Source: Cupriavidus necator
GTDB lineage: Bacteria; Pseudomonadota; Gammaproteobacteria; Burkholderiales; Burkholderiaceae
Reading direction: 5' to 3'
Length of the DNA: 32,000 nt
NCBI RefSeq assembly: GCF_016127575.1
Contig: NZ_CP066020.1
Span: 390,001-422,000 of the forward strand
Shown: piece after piece, positions 24,882 through 31,860 of the stretch
Layout of the letters: each line of letters opens with the position of its first letter
Position numbering within the stretch: the first letter of the stretch is position 1
Notes under the pieces: model-generated
Databases searched by the model: none
The model's input: only the letters and a program-made list of their open reading frames with translations
What the model was told of the DNA's origin: nothing
Position numbers and translations under genes: made by a program

Positions 24882-25733
24882 ATGACCACGACCGATCTGA
24901 CCCCTGCAGATGAGCCGCTCCAGGAAGTTGGTCCGACCGACGATACTGTTGCACTGCTCGCTGAACCGCCTACCACGCTTGGCTCGATTGATAGCTCCGG
25001 CGATGTCGAGACAGAGCTCGCGGAGATGGAGCAGTCGGCCGACGTATTGCGCAACGAGGGTCTGATCTCGACAGCGGACCATGAGGAGCGCAAGGCCAAA
25101 GTGGAACGTACTCGCAAGTTGTTTCGTGATCTGCCCTCCGAGGACCGCCAGGCGATCGTTCGCCGTCGTCGCGAACTCGGTCTGCTGATCCTCAATCGCG
25201 AGCTTGCCGGCGCGGCAGTCGTTCCCGTGGCGCTGAAGCTCAATCACACGCGCCTGCGCCCGCTCTTCGAGCAGTGGTGGCCATACATGAACCGCATGTC
25301 GCTGAACCTGCAGCGCTTCGGGGCGGCTACTTTCTCGCGCACCGAACTGTCGACGCTCGAGAACTACCTCGAACGCGAGCTCTCGAAGATCGAGGACTAT
25401 GTGGACGAACAGCTGCGTGTGGCGAAAGCCTACCGCGAGCAACGGGAACAGGAGATGCGAGCGAGAGGCGAGATCGTGTTCGTCCCGACGATCCAGCGCC
25501 CGTCCCTTGCGCTCGAGGTCCAGGCCTACTCGCGCTTTTCCGTGCGTGCCCTGCAGGTTCTGATCAAGTTCGATCAAACCATGGACCAGTTCGACTTTAT
25601 GGTCTGGAACGGCATCCGTGACCAGAGCGACGTCAACGATGAAGTCACGCGCTTCCTACGCAAGTTCCAGCCGCTGGGCCTGCGCAGCTACACCACTCAC
25701 CTGAGGTTGATGACGACGGTGCGCTGTATTTGA
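24882..25733 (+). CDS. Acidic N-terminus protein, DUF1845/AcaB (PFL_4669)-like candidate regulator
   Basis: 283 aa, ATG 24882 with GGAG upstream. The N-terminus is disordered and acidic, and the C-terminal 200 aa are helical. The length and its association with traI/traD/traJ-like genes fit AcaB-family activators. There is no direct motif proof. Confidence 0.35.
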   Translation: MTTTDLTPADEPLQEVGPTDDTVALLAEPPTTLGSIDSSGDVETELAEMEQSADVLRNEGLISTADHEERKAKVERTRKLFRDLPSEDRQAIVRRRRELGLLILNRELAGAAVVPVALKLNHTRLRPLFEQWWPYMNRMSLNLQRFGAATFSRTELSTLENYLERELSKIEDYVDEQLRVAKAYREQREQEMRARGEIVFVPTIQRPSLALEVQAYSRFSVRALQVLIKFDQTMDQFDFMVWNGIRDQSDVNDEVTRFLRKFQPLGLRSYTTHLRLMTTVRCI

Positions 25734-25746
25734 CCACAGGAATTGA

Positions 25747-25885
25747 TGTGACATGGTGTCACTTGGTGTGAGCTGGTGAGACCACGTGGGACATGATCTC
25801 ACTTCCGAACGAATCAATAGGCGTCGACATCTGCCCCGAGGTACCACTTCGGGGCACTTGCTGTTTTGAACCGGCACCAAGTGCC
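25747..25885 (+). promoter_or_regulatory. Cluster of inverted and direct repeats upstream of the helicase gene (candidate operator, oriT or terminator)
   Basis: - TGTGACATGGTGTCAC (25747-25762, containing the palindrome GTGACA-tgg-TGTCAC).
- A related TGGGACATGATCTCAC (25787-25802).
- GTGAGA (25776-25781) / TCTCAC (25797-25802).
- Palindrome CCACGTGG (25782-25789).
- Hairpin GCCCCGA-n9-TCGGGGC (25833-25855).
- Hairpin GGCAC-caa-GTGCC (25873-25885). Confidence 0.45.
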
Positions 25886-25910
25886 ACTTACTGCCACACT
25901 GCGATCCGCC

Positions 25911-27638
25911 ATGTCGCTCGAAAAGGTATTGGAAGGACTGAACCCCGCCCAGCGCGAGGTGGTCGACCTCCGTCAGCACTGCGTCGCCGTGGCCGTGCCA
26001 GGCGCCGGAAAGACAGCGACGATTGCGGCCAAGGCAGCAGTGCTGCTCGCCAACCCAGACGTGACGGTGGGCGCGGTAACGTTCAGCAAGGACGCCGCGG
26101 TCGAATTGCGTGACCGGATCCTGGCGCTAGCCGGTGCCGATGCCAGGAAGCGACTGCTCGCGGGCACCTTTCATTCGCTGGCCTATAAGCAGCTCGGGAA
26201 GGGAACCGGCAAGCTCACCGATATCGTCCACGACGGCGTTCGATTCGCTATCGTCGGGCAGATCCTGCAGGAAGGGGGATTTGATGGGAAGGTCGAGGAC
26301 GCGATCGCCGCGATTGAGCGCGCCAAGATGCAACTGTCCGACCCGCCTTCAGGAACCGTGGAGGCTCAGTTGTATGAAGCCTACCAGAGTGCTCTGGCCC
26401 GAAACGGCAAGATCGACTTTCAGGACATGCTGCGGTTGGCTGTAGCTGGAATGCAAAGCGGAACAATTGCGCCCTACCGTATGACGTACCTGCTTGTCGA
26501 TGAGTACCAGGATTGCGACAGCTTGCAATCACGCTGGACGGCGCTGCACGCGGCGGCCGGTTCGATAGTGACGGTGGTCGGGGACGATGATCAGTCGATC
26601 TACGGATTTCGAAGTGCGCTCGGATTTCGAGGCATGGAGGCATTCATCAAAGAGTTCGACGCGCGGTCAGTCATCCTCGGGAAGAACTACCGCTCACATG
26701 CCGAGATCCTGGACGTCGCGGATCGGGTCATTCGAAACAACGAGGACCGTATCCTGAAGGAGCTGGTAGCCCATCGCGGGCCTGGCGGCGCTATCGAGTT
26801 CAAGCGTTTGGAGGACGAGTACAAGGAGGCGGTTTCGGCCGTTGAGGCGCTGACACCGGTTTTGCGGGCTGGCAAAACGGCGGCCGTGCTGGCGCGGACG
26901 AACCGCATTCTCGATCCATTGGAGGCCGTCTGCCGCTCGCACGGTGTCAAGTATTACAGGGCAGCCGGCCGCTCTATTCTCGATCGCCCGGAGGCAGCGT
27001 TGATGGGGGACCTACTGGAACTGATTCAGAAGTCCAAGGACTCTGGCACCGATGCCCTGCTAGGTTTCGCCGGAATTGGCTCGCATGAACTGCAGCTGCT
27101 ACACACGCAGACTGCGGCGAAGCCGGAGGGATCGATTCCGCGAAAAAAGAACCTGGTGCAGGCCGGGATCGCAGAAGCAACAGTCGACAAGTATCGCGAC
27201 TTCCTAAAGAAGCTGGCGGAATGGCAAGCGCTCTTTGAGCGCCAGTTCTTTTCCCTCGTTCTCGATGGCGTGCGCGAATGGATGCTCAAGTTTGTTGCGG
27301 ACGACCCGGGCAAGCGCGCTATCAATACCGCGTTTGACGTCCTGACGCGGCTGAACGGTCCATTTTCGGAACGACTCTTGTTTCTGCGCCAAAAGAATAA
27401 CGAACCGGCCGACGACGCCTTGGTGCTGACGACCATGCATGCCTCCAAGGGACGCGAATGGTCGGCTGTTGTTGTGATCCGGGCCGAGGAAACCATCGTT
27501 CCGGACGAAGCCAGTCCGGAGAGTGAGGAGCGTCGACTGTTCTACGTTGCCCTCACGCGCGCGCGCGACTGGCTGCAGATTTCTACGGCAAAGAAGAACC
27601 CCACGTCCCGGTTCGTTATTGAAGCCGGGCTAACTTGA
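25911..27638 (+). CDS. UvrD/Rep/PcrA-family (SF1A) DNA helicase, short form (575 aa)
   Basis: I use ATG 25911, because the track start at 25866 is a TTG. Motifs: AVPGAGKTAT (Walker A), LLVDEYQDCD, VVGDDDQSIYGFRSA, KNYRSH, LTTMHASKGREW, RRLFYVALTRARDWL. Confidence 0.9.
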   Translation: MSLEKVLEGLNPAQREVVDLRQHCVAVAVPGAGKTATIAAKAAVLLANPDVTVGAVTFSKDAAVELRDRILALAGADARKRLLAGTFHSLAYKQLGKGTGKLTDIVHDGVRFAIVGQILQEGGFDGKVEDAIAAIERAKMQLSDPPSGTVEAQLYEAYQSALARNGKIDFQDMLRLAVAGMQSGTIAPYRMTYLLVDEYQDCDSLQSRWTALHAAAGSIVTVVGDDDQSIYGFRSALGFRGMEAFIKEFDARSVILGKNYRSHAEILDVADRVIRNNEDRILKELVAHRGPGGAIEFKRLEDEYKEAVSAVEALTPVLRAGKTAAVLARTNRILDPLEAVCRSHGVKYYRAAGRSILDRPEAALMGDLLELIQKSKDSGTDALLGFAGIGSHELQLLHTQTAAKPEGSIPRKKNLVQAGIAEATVDKYRDFLKKLAEWQALFERQFFSLVLDGVREWMLKFVADDPGKRAINTAFDVLTRLNGPFSERLLFLRQKNNEPADDALVLTTMHASKGREWSAVVVIRAEETIVPDEASPESEERRLFYVALTRARDWLQISTAKKNPTSRFVIEAGLT

Positions 27639-27793
27639 TTTGTTAAGCAGCCGGTCATTCGTGGTGTCTGCTGGTTGCGAGCTCCCTGCCATCGTGTGTG
27701 CCACAGCCGTCCGGCACGTCATTTTTGTGCGTAGCGGTGGCACTCGGATTTCAAGGAGGGGTTGTTGAGCCCGTAGGCATCCTCATAAGCGAA

Positions 27794-27824
27794 AAAAGCC
27801 TGGAGTTGCAGCTCCAAGGCTTTT
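27794..27824. terminator. Bidirectional intrinsic-terminator-like hairpin
   Basis: AAAAGCCTGGAG-ttgcag-CTCCAAGGCTTTT forms a 12-bp stem with one bulge. An A-run lies on the left and a T-run on the right, so a U-tract follows the hairpin on either strand. It sits about 155 nt after the helicase stop. Confidence 0.55.
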
Positions 27825-27957
27825 AATCGGCATTGACAACAGGCGTAGCAGGCTTCGAAACCCTCTTGACTCGTCCAACAACAAGACAGTCCGAGTTTAT
27901 GAAGCCCACCCTTCGTTGTCAATGCTCCCCCACAAGTTTGCGCATTGACCGAAGAAG

Positions 27958-29148
27958 ATGAGCTATCGCTTCGACGGGCTTCCTATTGCCCCAAGAACAA
28001 CAACGTGTGGCGGTGCGCCGCACTCTCCGGCCCCTATCGAAAGCGAAGCTTCGAAACGCAAGGCAGCCAGGTGCGATGCCCGCCGGCTGCCCGAGCGGGT
28101 TCTCAGAGCGATCGCGTTGGTCTACGAGTCCGATGGGCTTCGGGCTTTGCACATCACCAATCGCCAAGTCTTGGCAACGCTCATCCGCTTCGCTCTGAAT
28201 CAGAAGGATCCTACCTCGCTCGCCTTCATAAAGAAGGCAACGATCGCGCAGCACCTCTCGATTAGCGAGGCCACTGTCTATCGGGCGCTTGGCACACTTG
28301 AAGATGCCGGGCTTATTGAGCGTGAAAGGCAGCAACGCACGAGGGCGCAGCTCGAGGTCGTTGGGCGGATCGGGTTCACCGCAAAGTTGCTACAGTGTAT
28401 CGGGCTCGCCGGCAGGGAGCTTGGGTACCCAGAACCTCAAACGGACTCCGACGAGTCGCGGTCCCGCTCCGCATGTCTCGCACCAGTGAGTGGCGTAAAC
28501 AACCCCAAGCAGTCTTCTACGAAGAAACATTCGGGCCCGAGAGAGTTTGTGCAAATTCACGATCGGGCTGTGCCCATTGATCTAGCGCCTCTCGTGCGCG
28601 ACCAAGAGCTGACGACGTCCGCCCTCTTCCTTCTGATGCGGCTCGCGAGAGAGGCCGGCCACAGACTGTCGGACGTTGTCTCGGCGGCGGGTCATGTTCT
28701 TGGGCCGCTGCGGGGACGAGAGCTGTTCGCCTACCTCAAGTCGCTCCTCGGAAAGCCCATAGACTATAGCTATGTCGTTCAAACTCGGAAGGCCCAAGAA
28801 GACGAGAGGCGCGCAACCGCCGCGCAGGCGGCGCAAGACCGGCTGGAGGTTGCCCAACTCGTTGAGCGATACCGTGGGCAACGGGTGTCCGCACCTGACG
28901 GTCGGATCTACGAGGTCGACTCGGCCTCGATTGTGATCACCGAGGCCAACGGTCGGCGGAGTTCATTAGGGCACGACCAGGCGCGCGCCTGGCTGATCGA
29001 GATGGACAGAGCAGCGACTGGGCTCTCGCGTGCCTTGGCCCAGCCGTCGTCAGCGACACGGTCATCGTCGGCCATGGCACAGGCCGCTATTGAGCAACTT
29101 CGCAGCATCCTCGGTGGCAGACCTGCACCCAACATGGTAGGTGGCTGA
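27958..29148 (+). CDS. Winged-helix/HTH DNA-binding protein (396 aa), function unknown (regulator or auxiliary replication protein)
   Basis: Contains an HTH: KKATIAQHLSISEATVYRALGTLEDAGLIERE. A second helical region (LTTSALFLLMRLAREAGHRLSDVV) suggests tandem winged helices. The start is uncertain because the Shine-Dalgarno is weak. Confidence 0.65.
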   Translation: MSYRFDGLPIAPRTTTCGGAPHSPAPIESEASKRKAARCDARRLPERVLRAIALVYESDGLRALHITNRQVLATLIRFALNQKDPTSLAFIKKATIAQHLSISEATVYRALGTLEDAGLIERERQQRTRAQLEVVGRIGFTAKLLQCIGLAGRELGYPEPQTDSDESRSRSACLAPVSGVNNPKQSSTKKHSGPREFVQIHDRAVPIDLAPLVRDQELTTSALFLLMRLAREAGHRLSDVVSAAGHVLGPLRGRELFAYLKSLLGKPIDYSYVVQTRKAQEDERRATAAQAAQDRLEVAQLVERYRGQRVSAPDGRIYEVDSASIVITEANGRRSSLGHDQARAWLIEMDRAATGLSRALAQPSSATRSSSAMAQAAIEQLRSILGGRPAPNMVGG

Positions 29149-29308
29149 GCTCGGAGGTCTAGTTACACGCTCCAACGTGCTTGCAGGCCTTGAACCACCC
29201 GCTTGAGAGCGCTTCAACTCGCTTGGGGGCGCTATGGCGCGCTCGAAGGCGCTAGACCGAAACAGCTGGGGCGGCAACGCGCCAAGTCAAAGTCCGTGAC
29301 CCGCGAAA

Positions 29309-29342
29309 CCCCCGCTACGCGTCGACAGCCGCTTAGCGGGGG
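29309..29342 (-). terminator. Possible terminator of the rep gene
   Basis: 9-bp GC-rich stem CCCCCGCTA (29309-29317) / TAGCGGGGG (29334-29342) with a 16-nt loop. On the minus strand it is followed by TTTCG. It lies about 200 nt downstream of the rep stop. Confidence 0.3.
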
Positions 29343-29538
29343 TGGGAGAGTTCATCCCACGGTGTCCTCTCGGAGGCGGATTTTGAGTCCGCTGCCTGCA
29401 ACCAGCACGGCAAGACCTCGGGCATTCTCGGGAGCAGTCCGCAATCAGACTTGTACACTGGCTTCGAATGGTTAGATCGACGCAGCGGGGCTTTGCTTTA
29501 GCTGGCGTTGAGTTTGTGGTGAAGTAACGCTGGTGTGC

Positions 29539-30906
29539 TCAGATCAGACTTGCTGAGGCCGCTGCACCTACTCGCTTGGCGGCCTTCGCCGCCTTGTGCA
29601 CGCGACTGGCCACGAAGCCTCCAAACGTGCTTCGAACATTAGGGTCATTGATGTACTCATGCACGTTCAGGATCGCCACGTTAAGTCTTCGCGCAAGAAG
29701 CTTGGCAGCCTGAGACTGACAAAATTCGGAGATCATGTCCGATTGCTGCTCAGTGGACAGCTTGTTGTAGGCTTCCCAACCGAAATCAGCTTCTCGTTGG
29801 TCGCGCTCGGCGCCAGCAGCCTTCACGCGGGCCTCGCGCTCAGCCATCTCCTGGTCAGCAGCCTTACGAGTTGACTCTACAATGGCCGACTGATGATGAA
29901 TCTGCTTGTCGAGTTCACCAAGCAAGTAGCCCTCGCGAAGGGCCTTCATGAAATAACCACCTGCTCGCACCTTCACCTTGCCAACTTTCACGTTGTGCCG
30001 GGTGTACTCCATGGCCTGGTGGATTCGCTCGTCGTTGTACAGGTCGCGGTTGGTAATAATCTCGTTGAATTCGGACTGGTTGAGGGCGAACTCTTTGCGC
30101 AACGTCTCATAGACGTTGCGAAGCACGATGAACGCGGTCTTTTGCTCGTTGGGCTGCTCGGTAACGTTCAATCGGAATCGGACTTGGCCGATTTTTTTTG
30201 AACCGGGCACATTAAGTGTAAGCATCTCAATGTGGAGTCCGGTCACTTCGCGAATTTCGGAGATGGCTACCTCAAGGACTTTACTTCGGAAGTGCTTGAA
30301 GAGATCGTAGGTTTTCTTCTCGCACTCTAGCCAAGCTCGTAGGGCTTGAACTTCGAACCAAGGGGTAATGCCCTCAACCATGAATTGTTGTAGTCGGTCG
30401 TACAGGACCTTAGAGTGCACCGACTTGAATACATAGCGCAGGCTAAGAAAGTGGGAAGATTTTGGGTTCTTGATGGCGCGCTGTAGCCGTTCAGGAAGCT
30501 CGAAGATGAACTCCCCTTTTTCGATGAATGCTGAGCCCATTAGGGGCACTGCACCCCAGCGATCTTTGGAAGGGTCTTCGACGTCGATCTCGTTAAGCTC
30601 GATAGCCGCTTTCTGGGCTTCGCGAACGAGCTTGCTTAGGTGGCGTCTGTTGTTGCTCGTTGTGGCCAGAAGCCACTTGAACAAGCCGACATCGACCCGG
30701 TATTCGCGCCGGACTTCTTGGTCTTCAGCTACAAGAAAGTAAGCAACATCGATAAGGCGACGGCCTGCCAGACTGAGGTCGATGATTTTGACGAAGGCAT
30801 TGCTGCGACGGAAGCCCAAATCCTTGGGTGCTTCCGTGACGCTCTGGCCTCGAGGAGCGAAGTCCTCGAACAATGCCAAGGCTAATTGTTGCGATGCGCT
30901 TTCCAT
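29539..30906 (-). CDS. repA: Plasmid replication initiator, Rep_3 (iteron-binding RepA/RepB) family, with a C-terminal extension (455 aa)
   Basis: ATG 30906 with GGAGGG 8 nt upstream. Rep_3-like features: NAFVKIIDLSLAGRRLIDVAYFLV, LSLRYVFKSVHSKVLYDRLQQF and FRSKVLEVAISEIREVTGL. The adjacent iteron array supports the call. The gene has about 50% GC, against about 63-65% for the transfer genes. Confidence 0.85.
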   Translation of the reverse strand: MESASQQLALALFEDFAPRGQSVTEAPKDLGFRRSNAFVKIIDLSLAGRRLIDVAYFLVAEDQEVRREYRVDVGLFKWLLATTSNNRRHLSKLVREAQKAAIELNEIDVEDPSKDRWGAVPLMGSAFIEKGEFIFELPERLQRAIKNPKSSHFLSLRYVFKSVHSKVLYDRLQQFMVEGITPWFEVQALRAWLECEKKTYDLFKHFRSKVLEVAISEIREVTGLHIEMLTLNVPGSKKIGQVRFRLNVTEQPNEQKTAFIVLRNVYETLRKEFALNQSEFNEIITNRDLYNDERIHQAMEYTRHNVKVGKVKVRAGGYFMKALREGYLLGELDKQIHHQSAIVESTRKAADQEMAEREARVKAAGAERDQREADFGWEAYNKLSTEQQSDMISEFCQSQAAKLLARRLNVAILNVHEYINDPNVRSTFGGFVASRVHKAAKAAKRVGAAASASLI

Positions 30907-30939
30907 ACCACTTCCCTCCTTCGGGCAGGAGGTTGCAGG

Positions 30940-30980
30940 GGAAAGGTCGAAAAGTCAAAACATTTCTTGTGACTTTGCCT
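30940..30980. promoter_or_regulatory. Putative rep promoter/operator: a head-to-head pair of iteron-like half sites overlapping a TTGACT -35 box
   Basis: AAAGGTCGAAAAGTCAAAAC (30942-30961, direct orientation) abuts ACATTTCTTGTGACTTTGCC (30960-30979, the reverse complement of an iteron). On the minus strand, TTGACT (30958-30953) sits about 45 nt upstream of the rep ATG. This is the classic arrangement for Rep autorepression. Confidence 0.45.
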
Positions 30981-31058
30981 TCCCTGTCGTCTGGTCGGCG
31001 TCCCAGCGATGGTGTGGCCGAATTTGGTCAACGATAGGAATTTGCGGTCGCGGTTCGG

Positions 31059-31078
31059 GACAATTCTGGTGACCGTTC
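31059..31078 (-). repeat. Isolated inverted iteron copy
   Basis: GACAATTCTGGTGACCGTTC is the reverse complement of GAACGGTCACCAGAATTGTC, which closely matches the iteron at 31672-31691. Confidence 0.6.
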
Positions 31079-31157
31079 TTGGAGTCGGATGCTTGGTTCC
31101 TGCGGTGGGGGTTGTTCGACGTGCCCGGCTTTAAGATCTGTCTATAGGAGCGCGGGG

Positions 31158-31202
31158 TGGGTTAGTTTGTTGTTTTTATAAACAGAACACCACTTACTAG
31201 AG
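31158..31202. other. A+T-rich stretch between rep and the iteron array (candidate DNA unwinding element)
   Basis: GGGTTAGTTTGTTGTTTTTATAAACAGAACACCACTTACTAG is the most AT-rich segment of the window. It sits next to the iterons, as in theta-type origins. No perfect DnaA box was found. Confidence 0.4.
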
Positions 31203-31241
31203 GCAGCAGGCTTGTCAATAAAATCAATGACTTAGTTTGGA

Positions 31242-31825
31242 AAGGTCACTTTTGTGGTTCCAAAGGTCGCCGATTTTGTCGGGCAAGGTTACTAGATGTG
31301 GTCGAAAGGACACCGGATTTGGCCGGGTCTCCCAGATCGATGGACTGTCGGCTCTGACAAGGTCACCAAAATTGTCCTCAAGGTCACAAGATTTGTTCGA
31401 TTCCGGTCCTAAGCCTAGCCCCACAAGGATCTGCGAGCGGTTTGGCCGACGCACGGTCACAGGAATTGTATTTCTGCGGGGAAGGGCTTGGTACGCAGCC
31501 ACAGATGGAGCAAGGTCACCAAGATTGTCCGTAATTGCGGCAACAACAGGCTCGCTGAGATCGCTGGATTGACCCTACACGGGCAACAAGGTCATCAGAA
31601 TTGTCTGTCCGGTTGCTGGAGTGGGAGCCAAGGTCACAAGATTTGTACGATCTGGGCCTCTAACCATCTGGCAAGGTCACCAGAATTGTGCGAGCTACCC
31701 GCGGGTTACTGGCGGAAGGCACATTGCGCAGCAGTCACCTATGGAGTTGTCAAGAAGTTGGTGGCCTTTTTTTGCCAGTTGCCGGTGATGAGTATTCCGC
31801 AGCAGCCAAAGTCGCCGGTCTTCAT
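31242..31825 (+). repeat. Iteron array (oriV / copy-control): about 13 direct copies of a roughly 20-bp repeat, consensus CAAGGTCAC(C/A)A(A/G)(A/G)ATTGT(C/T)C
   Basis: The GGTCAC-type cores lie at 31244, 31265, 31287, 31308 (four contiguous units, 21-22 bp period), 31361, 31382, 31455, 31514, 31590, 31632, 31675, then degenerate copies at 31733 and 31809. The best copies are CAAGGTCACCAAAATTGTCC (31358), CAAGGTCACCAAGATTGTCC (31511) and CAAGGTCACCAGAATTGTGC (31672). Confidence 0.85.
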
Positions 31826-31860
31826 CCGTTGTTTTAAGGGATAGCAACGCCCGTAGGAAC

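Larger units (their letters stand above)
1..27638. mobile_element. Conjugative transfer region: VirB-type T4SS, R64-type type IVb thin pilus and TraI/TraD/TraJ-like DNA-processing genes, in two divergent operons
   Basis: Gene content and order listed in the CDS features below. The divergent operons meet at 13894-14271. The left end is cut by the window edge. Confidence 0.75.

Noticed and set aside
27719-27922. Cys-rich 67-aa minus-strand ORF between the helicase and the wHTH gene
   Set aside because: It starts with TTG, has no Shine-Dalgarno site, and spans the strong bidirectional hairpin (27794-27824). It is most likely noncoding spacer.
29203-29475. 90-aa plus-strand ORF in the convergent spacer
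   Set aside because: It is an Arg/Ser/Pro-rich translation with no ribosome-binding site, and it overlaps the hairpin string. It is not credible as a gene.
31224-31844. ORFs of 92-118 aa (31224..31502 minus, 31237..31572 plus, 31488..31844 plus) across the repeat field
   Set aside because: They are read straight through the iterons, so their peptides merely reflect the repeat (for example recurring KVT/RSP strings). They have no Shine-Dalgarno sites. The region is classic noncoding oriV.
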